A DNA stretch of 64,000 bases, taken from Vulcanimicrobiota bacterium. Its GTDB lineage: Bacteria; Vulcanimicrobiota; Vulcanimicrobiia; Vulcanimicrobiales; Vulcanimicrobiaceae. The translations under genes and the position numbers were made by a program. This document shows positions 9,402 to 17,518 of the stretch, piece after piece. Position 1 is the first letter of the stretch; every line of letters starts with the position of its first letter. The stretch spans positions 160,001 through 224,000 of the forward strand of contig CAWAXX010000014.1 in the NCBI GenBank assembly GCA_963786105.1, written 5' to 3'. Under the pieces are notes generated by a model, which saw only the letters and a list, made by a program, of their open reading frames with translations, ran no database searches and had not been told where the DNA came from.

Positions 9402-10325
9402 CTACGCGCCGGCGTGCTCGGGAATGGATGCGACGAAACGCGCACCACCCTGGCTGGTCTGCGCGATCGTCACCGTGCCGGCGTGCGCTTTCGCGATCCA
9501 GCCTACGATCGCTAGTCCCAAGCCCGTGCCGCCGCCGTCGTCCGTCCGCCGGTAAAAGCGTTGGAACACCCGCTCGCGATCTTCCGCCGGGATTCCGTCG
9601 CCGTCGTCTTCGACGACGATCTCGCAGGTGCGGCCGTTACGCTGCGAAGCGATCCGCACGGACGCGTGCGCGTGCCGCACCGCGTTTTCGAGGAGGTTTC
9701 GCACGAGTTCCCGCAGCCGCCGTTCGTCGCCGTCTACGATTGCGCTAACCGGCGAGCATTGCACGGTCACGCCGCGGGCGGCGGCGACGCCGGCGACGTC
9801 GCGCGCGCAACGCGCGACGACGGCTGCCAGATCGACGGGCTCGCACTGCAGCACGCCGTGACCGGGATCGCGTGCGAGCGTCAGGAGATCCGCGACGATC
9901 TCCGATGTGTCGAGGGCGTTCGCGGCAATCGCTTCGAACGCTGCGCGGCTTTCAGTCGACGCGGTCGATCGTGCGGCCTGGGCGATTGCGGCAATGGCCG
10001 CCAACGGAGAACGCAACTCGTGCGCGACGTCCGCGGCAAAAATCCGCTCGCGCTCGCGGGCCGCGAAAATCGGAGCCAGCGTTGCACGTGCCAGGGCATA
10101 CGAAGCGGCACCGAAGGCGACGACCAACGGAACGTCGAGCAGGAGAATCGTGAGCACGACGCGGCGCATGGCCGCCGACATGGCGATCGCGCCTTCGGGC
10201 GTTTCCAGCGCGGGCTGCAAAAGCGAAGCGTATTCGCGCATCACGAAGGCATACGCGCCGACGTCGAGGGCGAGCAGAACGCAGATGAAAATTAAGAGAT
10301 AGAGTGCCGACGTCCGCGCAATCAA
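9402..10325 (-). CDS. Sensor histidine kinase
   Basis: H-box ADVAHELRSPL, N-box NLLENAVRH, DDGDG and GGTGLGL; two TM segments; TTG start overlapping the regulator stop. Confidence 0.9.
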   Translation of the reverse strand: MIARTSALYLLIFICVLLALDVGAYAFVMREYASLLQPALETPEGAIAMSAAMRRVVLTILLLDVPLVVAFGAASYALARATLAPIFAARERERIFAADVAHELRSPLAAIAAIAQAARSTASTESRAAFEAIAANALDTSEIVADLLTLARDPGHGVLQCEPVDLAAVVARCARDVAGVAAARGVTVQCSPVSAIVDGDERRLRELVRNLLENAVRHAHASVRIASQRNGRTCEIVVEDDGDGIPAEDRERVFQRFYRRTDDGGGTGLGLAIVGWIAKAHAGTVTIAQTSQGGARFVASIPEHAGA

Positions 10326-10990
10326 TTTCGCAAACGATACCCTACGCCCCAAACGGTTTCGATGACGCCTTCGGCTCCGAGTTTCTTGAGCTTTCTGCGG
10401 AGCTGGCTGACGTACACGTCTACGATGTTGCTGGAACCGTCGAAATCGTAGTCCCAGATGCGCTCGAGAATCTGCGCGCGCGAGAGCGCGATGCCGGCGT
10501 TGCGAGCGAACAGCTCGAGCAACCGGAATTCGGTCGCGCCGAGATCGAGTGCTTTGCGGTCGTAGTTCGCGGAGCGGGCGCCGACGTCGACGTGTAGACG
10601 GTCGACGTCGATGACCGTAACCACGGGCCGCTCGGCCCGGCGCAGGATCGCACGCAGTCTGGCGATGAGCTCGTTTTCCACGAACGGCTTGACGAGATAG
10701 TCGTCGGCACCGCAATCCAGGCCGGCTACCCGATCTTCGACGGCGTCGCGTGCCGTCAGCATGAGGATCGGCGTGCGCACGCCTTCGGCCCGTGCGTTCC
10801 GGGCGACCGCAAAGCCGTCCATTCCCGGAAGCCCGACATCGACGATGGCGGCATCGTAGGCCTGGCCGAGCAGATGGTCGAGCCCGGCCCTGCCGTCCGT
10901 GACGATATTGGCGGCGAACTTCTGCGCTTCGAGCATCGTGCGGACGGCTCGGGCAATGGGCAGATTGTCTTCAACCACCAAGATTCGCAT
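10322..10990 (-). CDS. OmpR-family response regulator
   Basis: MRILVVED, IVDVGLPGMDG, GADDYLVKPF, NIVDVYVSQLRRKL, IETVWGVGY. Confidence 0.95.
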   Translation of the reverse strand: MRILVVEDNLPIARAVRTMLEAQKFAANIVTDGRAGLDHLLGQAYDAAIVDVGLPGMDGFAVARNARAEGVRTPILMLTARDAVEDRVAGLDCGADDYLVKPFVENELIARLRAILRRAERPVVTVIDVDRLHVDVGARSANYDRKALDLGATEFRLLELFARNAGIALSRAQILERIWDYDFDGSSNIVDVYVSQLRRKLKKLGAEGVIETVWGVGYRLRN

Positions 10991-11010
10991 GATGCTCCTT
11001 AATTGCTACG

Positions 11011-12153
11011 TCAGTATTTCCACGGACCAGGAAAAGCTACTGTCACCGCGCCTCCGAGATTCGGATGTTGCCCGGGCGCCCCGATCGGAGCGACCTCCTG
11101 CAGCAGAAACCGGAACGGAGCGATCATCACCGCGCCATAGTAGGTAAAATCGCGGGTGACGAACGGATTGGCGAAGGCATCGTACCGAACGGCGAGATAC
11201 GCGTGCGGAATGGGATAGAATTTGAAGCGGGCGTACCCTCCGCTCGACGTTTGGTTGGTACCGAAACCGTCGGCGTTGCTGTCGTCTCCCCACCACTGCT
11301 CGGCCTGAAGGTCGAACTTGCCGAGCGTCGCGTGGGCTAGCAGCCCATAACGCTGGTACGCGTCGTTGAAGGCATCGCGACCGACCGGCAAAATATGGCG
11401 CACGCCTTCGAGGGCCTCGCCGCCGGCATCGAACTCGATGTTGCCTTTCGAGTAGAGACCTTGGTTGAGCCAAAGTCCAACCTCGGGCGTCGAAACGTAC
11501 GTCGTCTCACCGGTGTCCACCGGCTTGCCTCCGTAAGGCGCGCCCTGGAAGTCACCCACAGCAAAAGTAAGATTGGCGACCAGATTCCCGATCGTGCGCT
11601 GGTCCCATACGCCCCACCGCGGCGACGATAGCGGCAAGTCGTTAAGGCCGACGTGAGCGCCGTAGTAGCCGTACTGCTGAAGGTCGTCGAGGCGCTCGCC
11701 CGGCGACTGCAATAGCGGGAGCTCGAACAGGCCGAGCCGGTACTCGGACTTCGTGTGTGCGTTGTAGTCGGTGAGAAAACCAAGATACAGCGCGCTGGGA
11801 CCGCCGCCGGCGCCGAGGCTGTAGTGCATGTATAGCGAGATGTTTCCGACGTCGGCGTTTCCGAGCACGATGCCGCCCGGCGTCCAGCGGCGCGTGCCGG
11901 CAGCCGGATCTTGCGAATACGACATCTGATAGCGGATCGCAAACATCGTCGTCCCATGGCGCTCGATCGGCAGGCGATAGCCGTGCATGCGGAAGTAGTT
12001 TCCGAATCCGTTGAGCTCGGGAAGAACGCTGTGACAGGCTCCGCAGTGCAGGCGATACCGCTGCGCGAAGATCGGAATCGCTCGCGCGGGCGCCGGATGC
12101 ACCGCGAGAAAGAGTATCGCCGCGGCGAGCGCGGCGACGGCGTTATTGCGCAA
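11011..12153 (-). CDS. Cyc2-like monoheme cytochrome c-porin fusion
   Basis: Signal peptide ending ARA, then IPIFAQRYRLHCGACHSVLPELNGFGNYFRMHGY (Cyc2-type heme motif), then an aromatic/glycine-rich beta-strand region; TTG start with GAGGAG SD. Confidence 0.75.
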   Translation of the reverse strand: MRNNAVAALAAAILFLAVHPAPARAIPIFAQRYRLHCGACHSVLPELNGFGNYFRMHGYRLPIERHGTTMFAIRYQMSYSQDPAAGTRRWTPGGIVLGNADVGNISLYMHYSLGAGGGPSALYLGFLTDYNAHTKSEYRLGLFELPLLQSPGERLDDLQQYGYYGAHVGLNDLPLSSPRWGVWDQRTIGNLVANLTFAVGDFQGAPYGGKPVDTGETTYVSTPEVGLWLNQGLYSKGNIEFDAGGEALEGVRHILPVGRDAFNDAYQRYGLLAHATLGKFDLQAEQWWGDDSNADGFGTNQTSSGGYARFKFYPIPHAYLAVRYDAFANPFVTRDFTYYGAVMIAPFRFLLQEVAPIGAPGQHPNLGGAVTVAFPGPWKY

Positions 12154-12634
12154 CGATCGCTCCTCGCATAGGTGCGCCATAGTGGAAATAGCAGCCAAAC
12201 AGGTACGTGCCGGGCTTGTCGGCCTTCACGGTCTGAGATGACGATCCGGCCTGCATGGCGCCGCTGGTCCATCCGCCCGACAGCGTCGTGCCGGTTTGGC
12301 TCAGCGCCTTTTGACCAAACGGCGAACCCGCCGGAAACTTTGTCTCGTTATTGCTCTGCCCCGGTGTAATCGAGGTCGAGGTGTGCGCGAAACCGTCGCT
12401 ATTTGTGAACGTCACGGTGTCGCCCACTTTGACCGTCGTGACCGGCGGCTTCATGCCGCCGCTCTCGCCATATGGCGTTTGAACGGGCAAATTCAGCGTC
12501 AGGTTGACGTCGACCAGGTGGTTCGTCCCGCCGCCCCCTCCGCCGGAGCCACCGGCGTCGCCGATACCGTTGGGCGTGCACGCGGTTGCGACGAAAGCCA
12601 TGACGACGAGTGACGTGCGAGCGTAGGCGATCAC
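12143..12634 (-). CDS. Cupredoxin (plastocyanin/azurin-like) lipoprotein
   Basis: Lipobox-like ATAC, VKVGDTVTFTN..FAHT, GTYLFGCYFHYGAPM (type 1 Cu ligands H...C-x2-H-x4-M). Confidence 0.85.
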   Translation of the reverse strand: MIAYARTSLVVMAFVATACTPNGIGDAGGSGGGGGGTNHLVDVNLTLNLPVQTPYGESGGMKPPVTTVKVGDTVTFTNSDGFAHTSTSITPGQSNNETKFPAGSPFGQKALSQTGTTLSGGWTSGAMQAGSSSQTVKADKPGTYLFGCYFHYGAPMRGAIVAQ

Positions 12635-13194
12635 CAGCCTGACCCCGGTTTCATTGCACGAGCTTCGTCGACGATATCGCCGCTGAGGTTGGTCGAAGCG
12701 AGCATGGTTTTTTCGAGCTTTCCGGTGGAATCGAGGACGTAGACGAACGTGGAATGCGCCTCGCGATAGCCGCTTTTGCCGGGCCGTGCGATGACGCCGT
12801 ACGCGCTCAGGATCGCATCGACGTCATCGCGTCGTCCACTAGCTAGCAGCCAATACTTGGGATTCGCGCCGAAGCGCTTTGCCAACGAGGCCATCAGGCT
12901 GGGCGGATCGTGTTCCGGGTCGAGCGTGATCGTCAGCAGTCGCGTAGGGAGACCCTGACGAGCGATCTCCGTCGCGGCATTCGAGAACTGCGCGTTGACC
13001 AACGGACACGCGTCCGTGCAGTGCGCCGAGATGAAGGTCACGATCAGCGGGCGGCCGCGCAACGACGCCAGCGTAAAGGTGTGCCCGGTTTGATCGACCA
13101 GCTGAGGTGACGCCGGCACTGCAATCGCCGGAGCGGATTGCAGTGCGGCGGCGAGGACAAGGGCGGTCGCCGAGGCGATAGTGCGCGTCGACAC
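12631..13194 (-). CDS. SCO1/SenC family copper chaperone
   Basis: LVDQTG, CTDAC (CxxxC), ITLDPEHD, conserved His in EAHST. Confidence 0.88.
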   Translation of the reverse strand: MSTRTIASATALVLAAALQSAPAIAVPASPQLVDQTGHTFTLASLRGRPLIVTFISAHCTDACPLVNAQFSNAATEIARQGLPTRLLTITLDPEHDPPSLMASLAKRFGANPKYWLLASGRRDDVDAILSAYGVIARPGKSGYREAHSTFVYVLDSTGKLEKTMLASTNLSGDIVDEARAMKPGSGW

Positions 13195-13196
13195 GT

Positions 13197-13772
13197 TTAG
13201 TGAATGAACGTCGGGCCTGGCGTCGCGTGAGCGGCCACGCGGATGACGTCTTGCATTCCCTCGTGGTAGTGGAACGCGCAACCGATGAGGTAGTTCCCTC
13301 TATGGGAGAGCGTTACGCTCACCGATTTTCCCGGCAATATACGGCCGCTTGCATACCCTATGCCGAGCTGGCCGTTGCCCATTGGCGTTGTCGGCAAGCT
13401 TGGATTTTGCGGGAACTTAGCCGGCGGCCCCTTGACCTTTTTGACCACGTTGAGCGTATGCGTTATGGAACCCGAGAGGTTCGTGATGGTTACGACCGTG
13501 TTGGGCGGAAATGCGAGCACCTGCGCCGTGGTCGTCTGCGTGAATCCGCCGACCAGGCCCCAGGTCGGGTCGGTTTTCGTGTGCACGCCTTCGCTAGGAA
13601 GTTCTTCGCCGATGGTCTTAGCCGGCAGCGTGAAGTGCAGGGCCGTGTCGGGACCGAGCGATTGAACGAACGTCGTGCCCGCGCCGGCGTTCGTGGGTAC
13701 GCTGCCGCCGCCACCGCACGCCGTGAGCGCGCAGGCGATCGCTATCAACGTAACGCCACCGTATTTTTTCAT
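13197..13772 (-). CDS. Cupredoxin-fold lipoprotein
   Basis: Lipobox LTAC, THTLNV, GNYLIGCAFHYHEGM. Confidence 0.8.
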   Translation of the reverse strand: MKKYGGVTLIAIACALTACGGGGSVPTNAGAGTTFVQSLGPDTALHFTLPAKTIGEELPSEGVHTKTDPTWGLVGGFTQTTTAQVLAFPPNTVVTITNLSGSITHTLNVVKKVKGPPAKFPQNPSLPTTPMGNGQLGIGYASGRILPGKSVSVTLSHRGNYLIGCAFHYHEGMQDVIRVAAHATPGPTFIH

Positions 13773-13867
13773 AGGTGATTGATCTCCTCAAACAGTTCGG
13801 ATGGGGTTGATGAGGCGACGGTAGCAAGCGTGAATGAAGAAAGTATAAAGCGCGCGTGCAGAGTGCC

Positions 13868-14506
13868 TTAATAGCGGTAGCCGGTAGGACTCGGCCCCGT
13901 CGACGGCGTCGACGTCGGATCCGGAGGGGCGGTTCCCTCTGGTCCGGGTTTGGCGCCCTTTTCCACCTTAAAGATGTCCTTCATGCCTTCGTGATAGTGG
14001 AAGGCACAGCCGATCAAGTAGATGCCGACCTTCGAAAGCGTTATCGTCACCGATTTGTTCGGTTGCAAAATGCCGCTGCGGTATCCCAGTGCAAGGATTC
14101 CGTGCCCGGCCGGGGTGGTCTTGAGCGTCGGGTTCTTGGGAAAGTTCGCGGGCGGTCCCTTGATGGATCCGAGAACGTTGAGCGTATGCGGAGTCGAACC
14201 CGAGAGATTGCGCAGCGTGATTTTCGTTCCGGGGGGAAATCCAAGCGTCTGCGACAATCGCGTTTGGGTGAATCCGCCGATCGTGACCTTCCAGAAAATC
14301 GATTTATAGGTTCCAAGGCCAGCGCTGGGAAGTTTCTCCCCGACGGTATTTTTGGGTAGCGTGGCCGTAGCGGCCATATCGGGTGCCAGAGGCGGGAGCG
14401 CCACCTGGTTGCTTGCCGGAATGACGCTGCCGCCGCCGCGGTTCGCGCACGCGACCAAGATTCCAGCGGCGATGACGACCGCGAATGCCAGGTGCTTCTT
14501 GGGCAT
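13868..14506 (-). CDS. Cupredoxin-fold lipoprotein (paralog of 13197..13772)
   Basis: AGGAGG SD, lipobox LVAC, PHTLNV, GIYLIGCAFHYHEGM, Pro/Thr-rich tail. Confidence 0.8.
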   Translation of the reverse strand: MPKKHLAFAVVIAAGILVACANRGGGSVIPASNQVALPPLAPDMAATATLPKNTVGEKLPSAGLGTYKSIFWKVTIGGFTQTRLSQTLGFPPGTKITLRNLSGSTPHTLNVLGSIKGPPANFPKNPTLKTTPAGHGILALGYRSGILQPNKSVTITLSKVGIYLIGCAFHYHEGMKDIFKVEKGAKPGPEGTAPPDPTSTPSTGPSPTGYRY

Positions 14507-14559
14507 AGTGTTCCTCCTAGTTGTGTCGCTCAAGGCTAGAACGATGAGATGAATAATCC

Positions 14560-15366
14560 TTAAATCGTGATGGAATCGCGCATCGCCGCGGCGATATTTT
14601 GCAGCGCCGGGTCGGCGGTGTTCCGAGAGGCCTGAGCGAACGCGTCGCGGGCTTCGGCGCGCCGGCCCTCCTTCAAGAGGACGGCTCCCAGCGCCACCTG
14701 CGCCCGGGCGTAGGTTGGGGCTAAGGCTAGGGCCGTGCGGAGTTCGCGTTCGGCGGCATCGTAGCGTCCGAGGCGCTCTTCGGCCAGGGCCAGGTTGTAG
14801 TGCGCCACCGCATAGGCTGGATTGGCATGGAGCAGCTTGCCGAAATCCTCACGCGCGATTCGAGCGTCTCCGCCCTGTAGCGCGACGATTCCGCGCGAAT
14901 ACAACGCGCGAGCGGAATCCGGGTCGAGCGCGACGTACCGGTCGGCGACGGCCCGCGCTTCGCGCAGGTCGCCGCGAGCAAGATCGACCGAGACGAGGTT
15001 CGCCATGGCGGCCAGGAAGGCGGGATCCAGGACGAGCGCAGCCCGCAAACTCTTGGCGGCTTCGTCGTTGCGCCCGAGGTTGGCATAGGCAATGGCCAAG
15101 TCGTACTGTGCGGTCGATCCTTTTGGTTCGGGAGGGTTGAGGGCGATGATCCTGGCGAACTCGGCAGCGGCTTCCTGGTAGTTGCCCCGCGCTTCCGCGT
15201 CGAGCCCAATCCGAAAGCGCTCTTCGATCTCTCGTCCGATCGCCAGATCGCGCAAGGCGGGAACCGACGTCGTACGTGGGGCCGGCGTGCGCAGCGGATA
15301 GGTTTGGCACAGTCCGGCCGCGGCCGTCAGGGCGGCAAAGAGAACGCCGAGGAGGGCGACCCGCAT
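14560..15366 (-). CDS. Tetratricopeptide repeat protein, secreted
   Basis: Signal peptide and repeated AxYxLA...AxxLxP helical units. Confidence 0.85.
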   Translation of the reverse strand: MRVALLGVLFAALTAAAGLCQTYPLRTPAPRTTSVPALRDLAIGREIEERFRIGLDAEARGNYQEAAAEFARIIALNPPEPKGSTAQYDLAIAYANLGRNDEAAKSLRAALVLDPAFLAAMANLVSVDLARGDLREARAVADRYVALDPDSARALYSRGIVALQGGDARIAREDFGKLLHANPAYAVAHYNLALAEERLGRYDAAERELRTALALAPTYARAQVALGAVLLKEGRRAEARDAFAQASRNTADPALQNIAAAMRDSITI

Positions 15367-15369
15367 ACC

Positions 15370-15627
15370 CTACGGAGCTTCTGGGCCGGCTGGCAGTTCC
15401 GCGGCGCGCCATTGCTGGGCGCTCGCAGCGTGCTCTGGCTTACAGTCCCAACCCTTCCGCCCGGCCGACGTAATCGGTCCGAACAGGGGTGCGGGTCCGG
15501 ATGCAATCAACTGGCCGGCGAGCAAGTCCTCCAGCGAGGCCGTGTTGGCCAGCGCCGCCGCCCCGCAACACAGCGAGCCGGCCAGAAGCCCGGCGGCTAG
15601 TATCCGCGAGAAAAGGGCGCTTGACAT
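15370..15627 (-). CDS. Possible small secreted protein
   Basis: Signal-peptide-like start MSSALFSRILAAGLLAG; stop 3 nt before the TPR gene. Confidence 0.4.
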   Translation of the reverse strand: MSSALFSRILAAGLLAGSLCCGAAALANTASLEDLLAGQLIASGPAPLFGPITSAGRKGWDCKPEHAASAQQWRAAELPAGPEAP

Positions 15628-15661
15628 CAACTTCAATTATAGCCGAATGTCTAAGGAATCC

Positions 15662-17509
15662 GTGAATCGCACCGGCATTTTCGCAACGGCTTTGCTCGTG
15701 GGCTTCCTCCTCGTTGCGCCGGCCGGGGCACAGGTGACCTTAGTCGTAGGCTCGGTGAGGGACCAGCACGGGGCCGCCATCGAGGGGGCGAGCGTGATCG
15801 CCGTCGATCCCCGCGGGATTAGTTCGGTCGCGAAAACCGACCCGTCGGGGACGTTCGCGTTACCCGCGCCCGGCGCCATCACGGTGACGGTTGCGTGCCG
15901 ATACTGCGAGTCGCGAACCTTTCCGGTGGTCGCCGATCAACCGGTAGTGGCGATCGTCCGGCGATTCGACGCACTCTTCGACGAGTCACCCTCTCCCCGC
16001 GATTTGGCAAACCTGCCGTACGCTCACGTCGAATCGGCGATGGCGCTTCATCCGTTCTCGCTTCTGCGCCAAACCACCGGCGTGCTGCCGGGTTCGCAGT
16101 TGAGCGACCGAGGCTTAGCTCCCGCAAATGCGCTGCTCGTCGACGCCGGCGTTCCGAACTACGACGTTGTGCTCGGAACGACGCCCTACGATACGATTCC
16201 AGCGGCATACGAACAGACAGGTTCCGTCACGACGCCTGCGGCAGCGTTTCTGTATGGAGATCAAGCCGGATCGGGCATCGTATCGCTCGAGCCGTTCGGG
16301 GGCGACAACATCGACGTGGCGCTCACCGGGGGCGACCAAACGCTGCGTCTTGCGGCGGGCTCGGACTTTGCGCGCGTTGCGGCCGCAACGTACAGCAACC
16401 AATCCGAGTCGCGCCAGCGTTCGGATGCCGCGGTGAGGTTCCCGCTCTCTACCGCTCAAACGCTGCTCTTTAGCGGCGGAACCTCGCAAGACCGAGAGTA
16501 CGGCGATCCGACCTCGACGCTAAACGGCAGTTTTACGTTCGCAAACGCCGCGTTCGACGACGCACAACCGAACGTCGACATACATGCTTCGTTCGTAGCC
16601 GATCGCGGTGGCTACATGGCCAGTGAAGGCGGTCTGCCGATTACCGATATTTGGTCCGACTCAAACTTTACCGCCGGTGTGCGCACGCGCGGAATGGTGG
16701 CCGCATTTGCCGACGTGTCGAATCGGCTTTCTACCGGAATTTACGACGCGACGGCGTACCGAGAGCCGCGGATCGGCGGAACGCTCACGCAGAACCGCGT
16801 GGATGCGGGGATCGACGCGAACACGCGCGACCTCGACGTAACGGCCGGAGTCGGATTCTTCGGCATCGACTACACGGGAGGCTCCGATGGATCGTCGGTT
16901 CCTGCAAACGCTCACCTGGCGACGCCGTCGTTGCTCGTCCGGCTGTTTCCAAACTCGAAGTGGAGCGCCGCCCTGGATGCCAGCGGCTCTTTCACGCTGC
17001 CGACGCTCTGGGAGCAGTACGCGTTTCACGACGGCTACCACACGTTCGTCTACGATCGCAACTCGCTCTACTCCGCGACGCTCTCGTACACGGACGACGC
17101 TCGCGTACGAGTCTCCGCCGAGGCCGCTTCGCAGCACGTCAGCGGATTCACCAACGGCCTGGTTACGTCGGACGGCGTCTCGATCGCGTGGCAGATCGCG
17201 CCGGCGATCTCGTTGCGGGCGTGGACGATGCACGTCAGCGATTCGACGACGCCTTCCTACGGAAACCCGTACTACGGTTCGGGCATGCCGTCGGACGTGA
17301 ACGCCTTATGGCTGACGTACGCGAACGGTGCCGCCCTACGCATCGACGCGATCTATCGTCGAGATATTCTCAACCGGGAGCCGTTCTATCACGTAGACGC
17401 GGACGTCTCTGGGCCGATCACCGATCGCCTTCGCTGGTACGCCGGCGTCGAGGATCGTCAGCGTACCAACGACCTCGACGTGGGCGTACGATTCGCCGGC
17501 GGCCCTTAA
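15662..17509 (+). CDS. Outer-membrane beta-barrel/TonB-dependent receptor-like protein with N-terminal carboxypeptidase regulatory-like domain
   Basis: Signal peptide, GSVRDQHGAAIEGASV...TDPSGTF, plug-like LYGDQAGSGIV, C-terminal LDVGVRF. Confidence 0.65.
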   Translation: MNRTGIFATALLVGFLLVAPAGAQVTLVVGSVRDQHGAAIEGASVIAVDPRGISSVAKTDPSGTFALPAPGAITVTVACRYCESRTFPVVADQPVVAIVRRFDALFDESPSPRDLANLPYAHVESAMALHPFSLLRQTTGVLPGSQLSDRGLAPANALLVDAGVPNYDVVLGTTPYDTIPAAYEQTGSVTTPAAAFLYGDQAGSGIVSLEPFGGDNIDVALTGGDQTLRLAAGSDFARVAAATYSNQSESRQRSDAAVRFPLSTAQTLLFSGGTSQDREYGDPTSTLNGSFTFANAAFDDAQPNVDIHASFVADRGGYMASEGGLPITDIWSDSNFTAGVRTRGMVAAFADVSNRLSTGIYDATAYREPRIGGTLTQNRVDAGIDANTRDLDVTAGVGFFGIDYTGGSDGSSVPANAHLATPSLLVRLFPNSKWSAALDASGSFTLPTLWEQYAFHDGYHTFVYDRNSLYSATLSYTDDARVRVSAEAASQHVSGFTNGLVTSDGVSIAWQIAPAISLRAWTMHVSDSTTPSYGNPYYGSGMPSDVNALWLTYANGAALRIDAIYRRDILNREPFYHVDADVSGPITDRLRWYAGVEDRQRTNDLDVGVRFAGGP

Positions 17510-17518
17510 GCTCGATCG

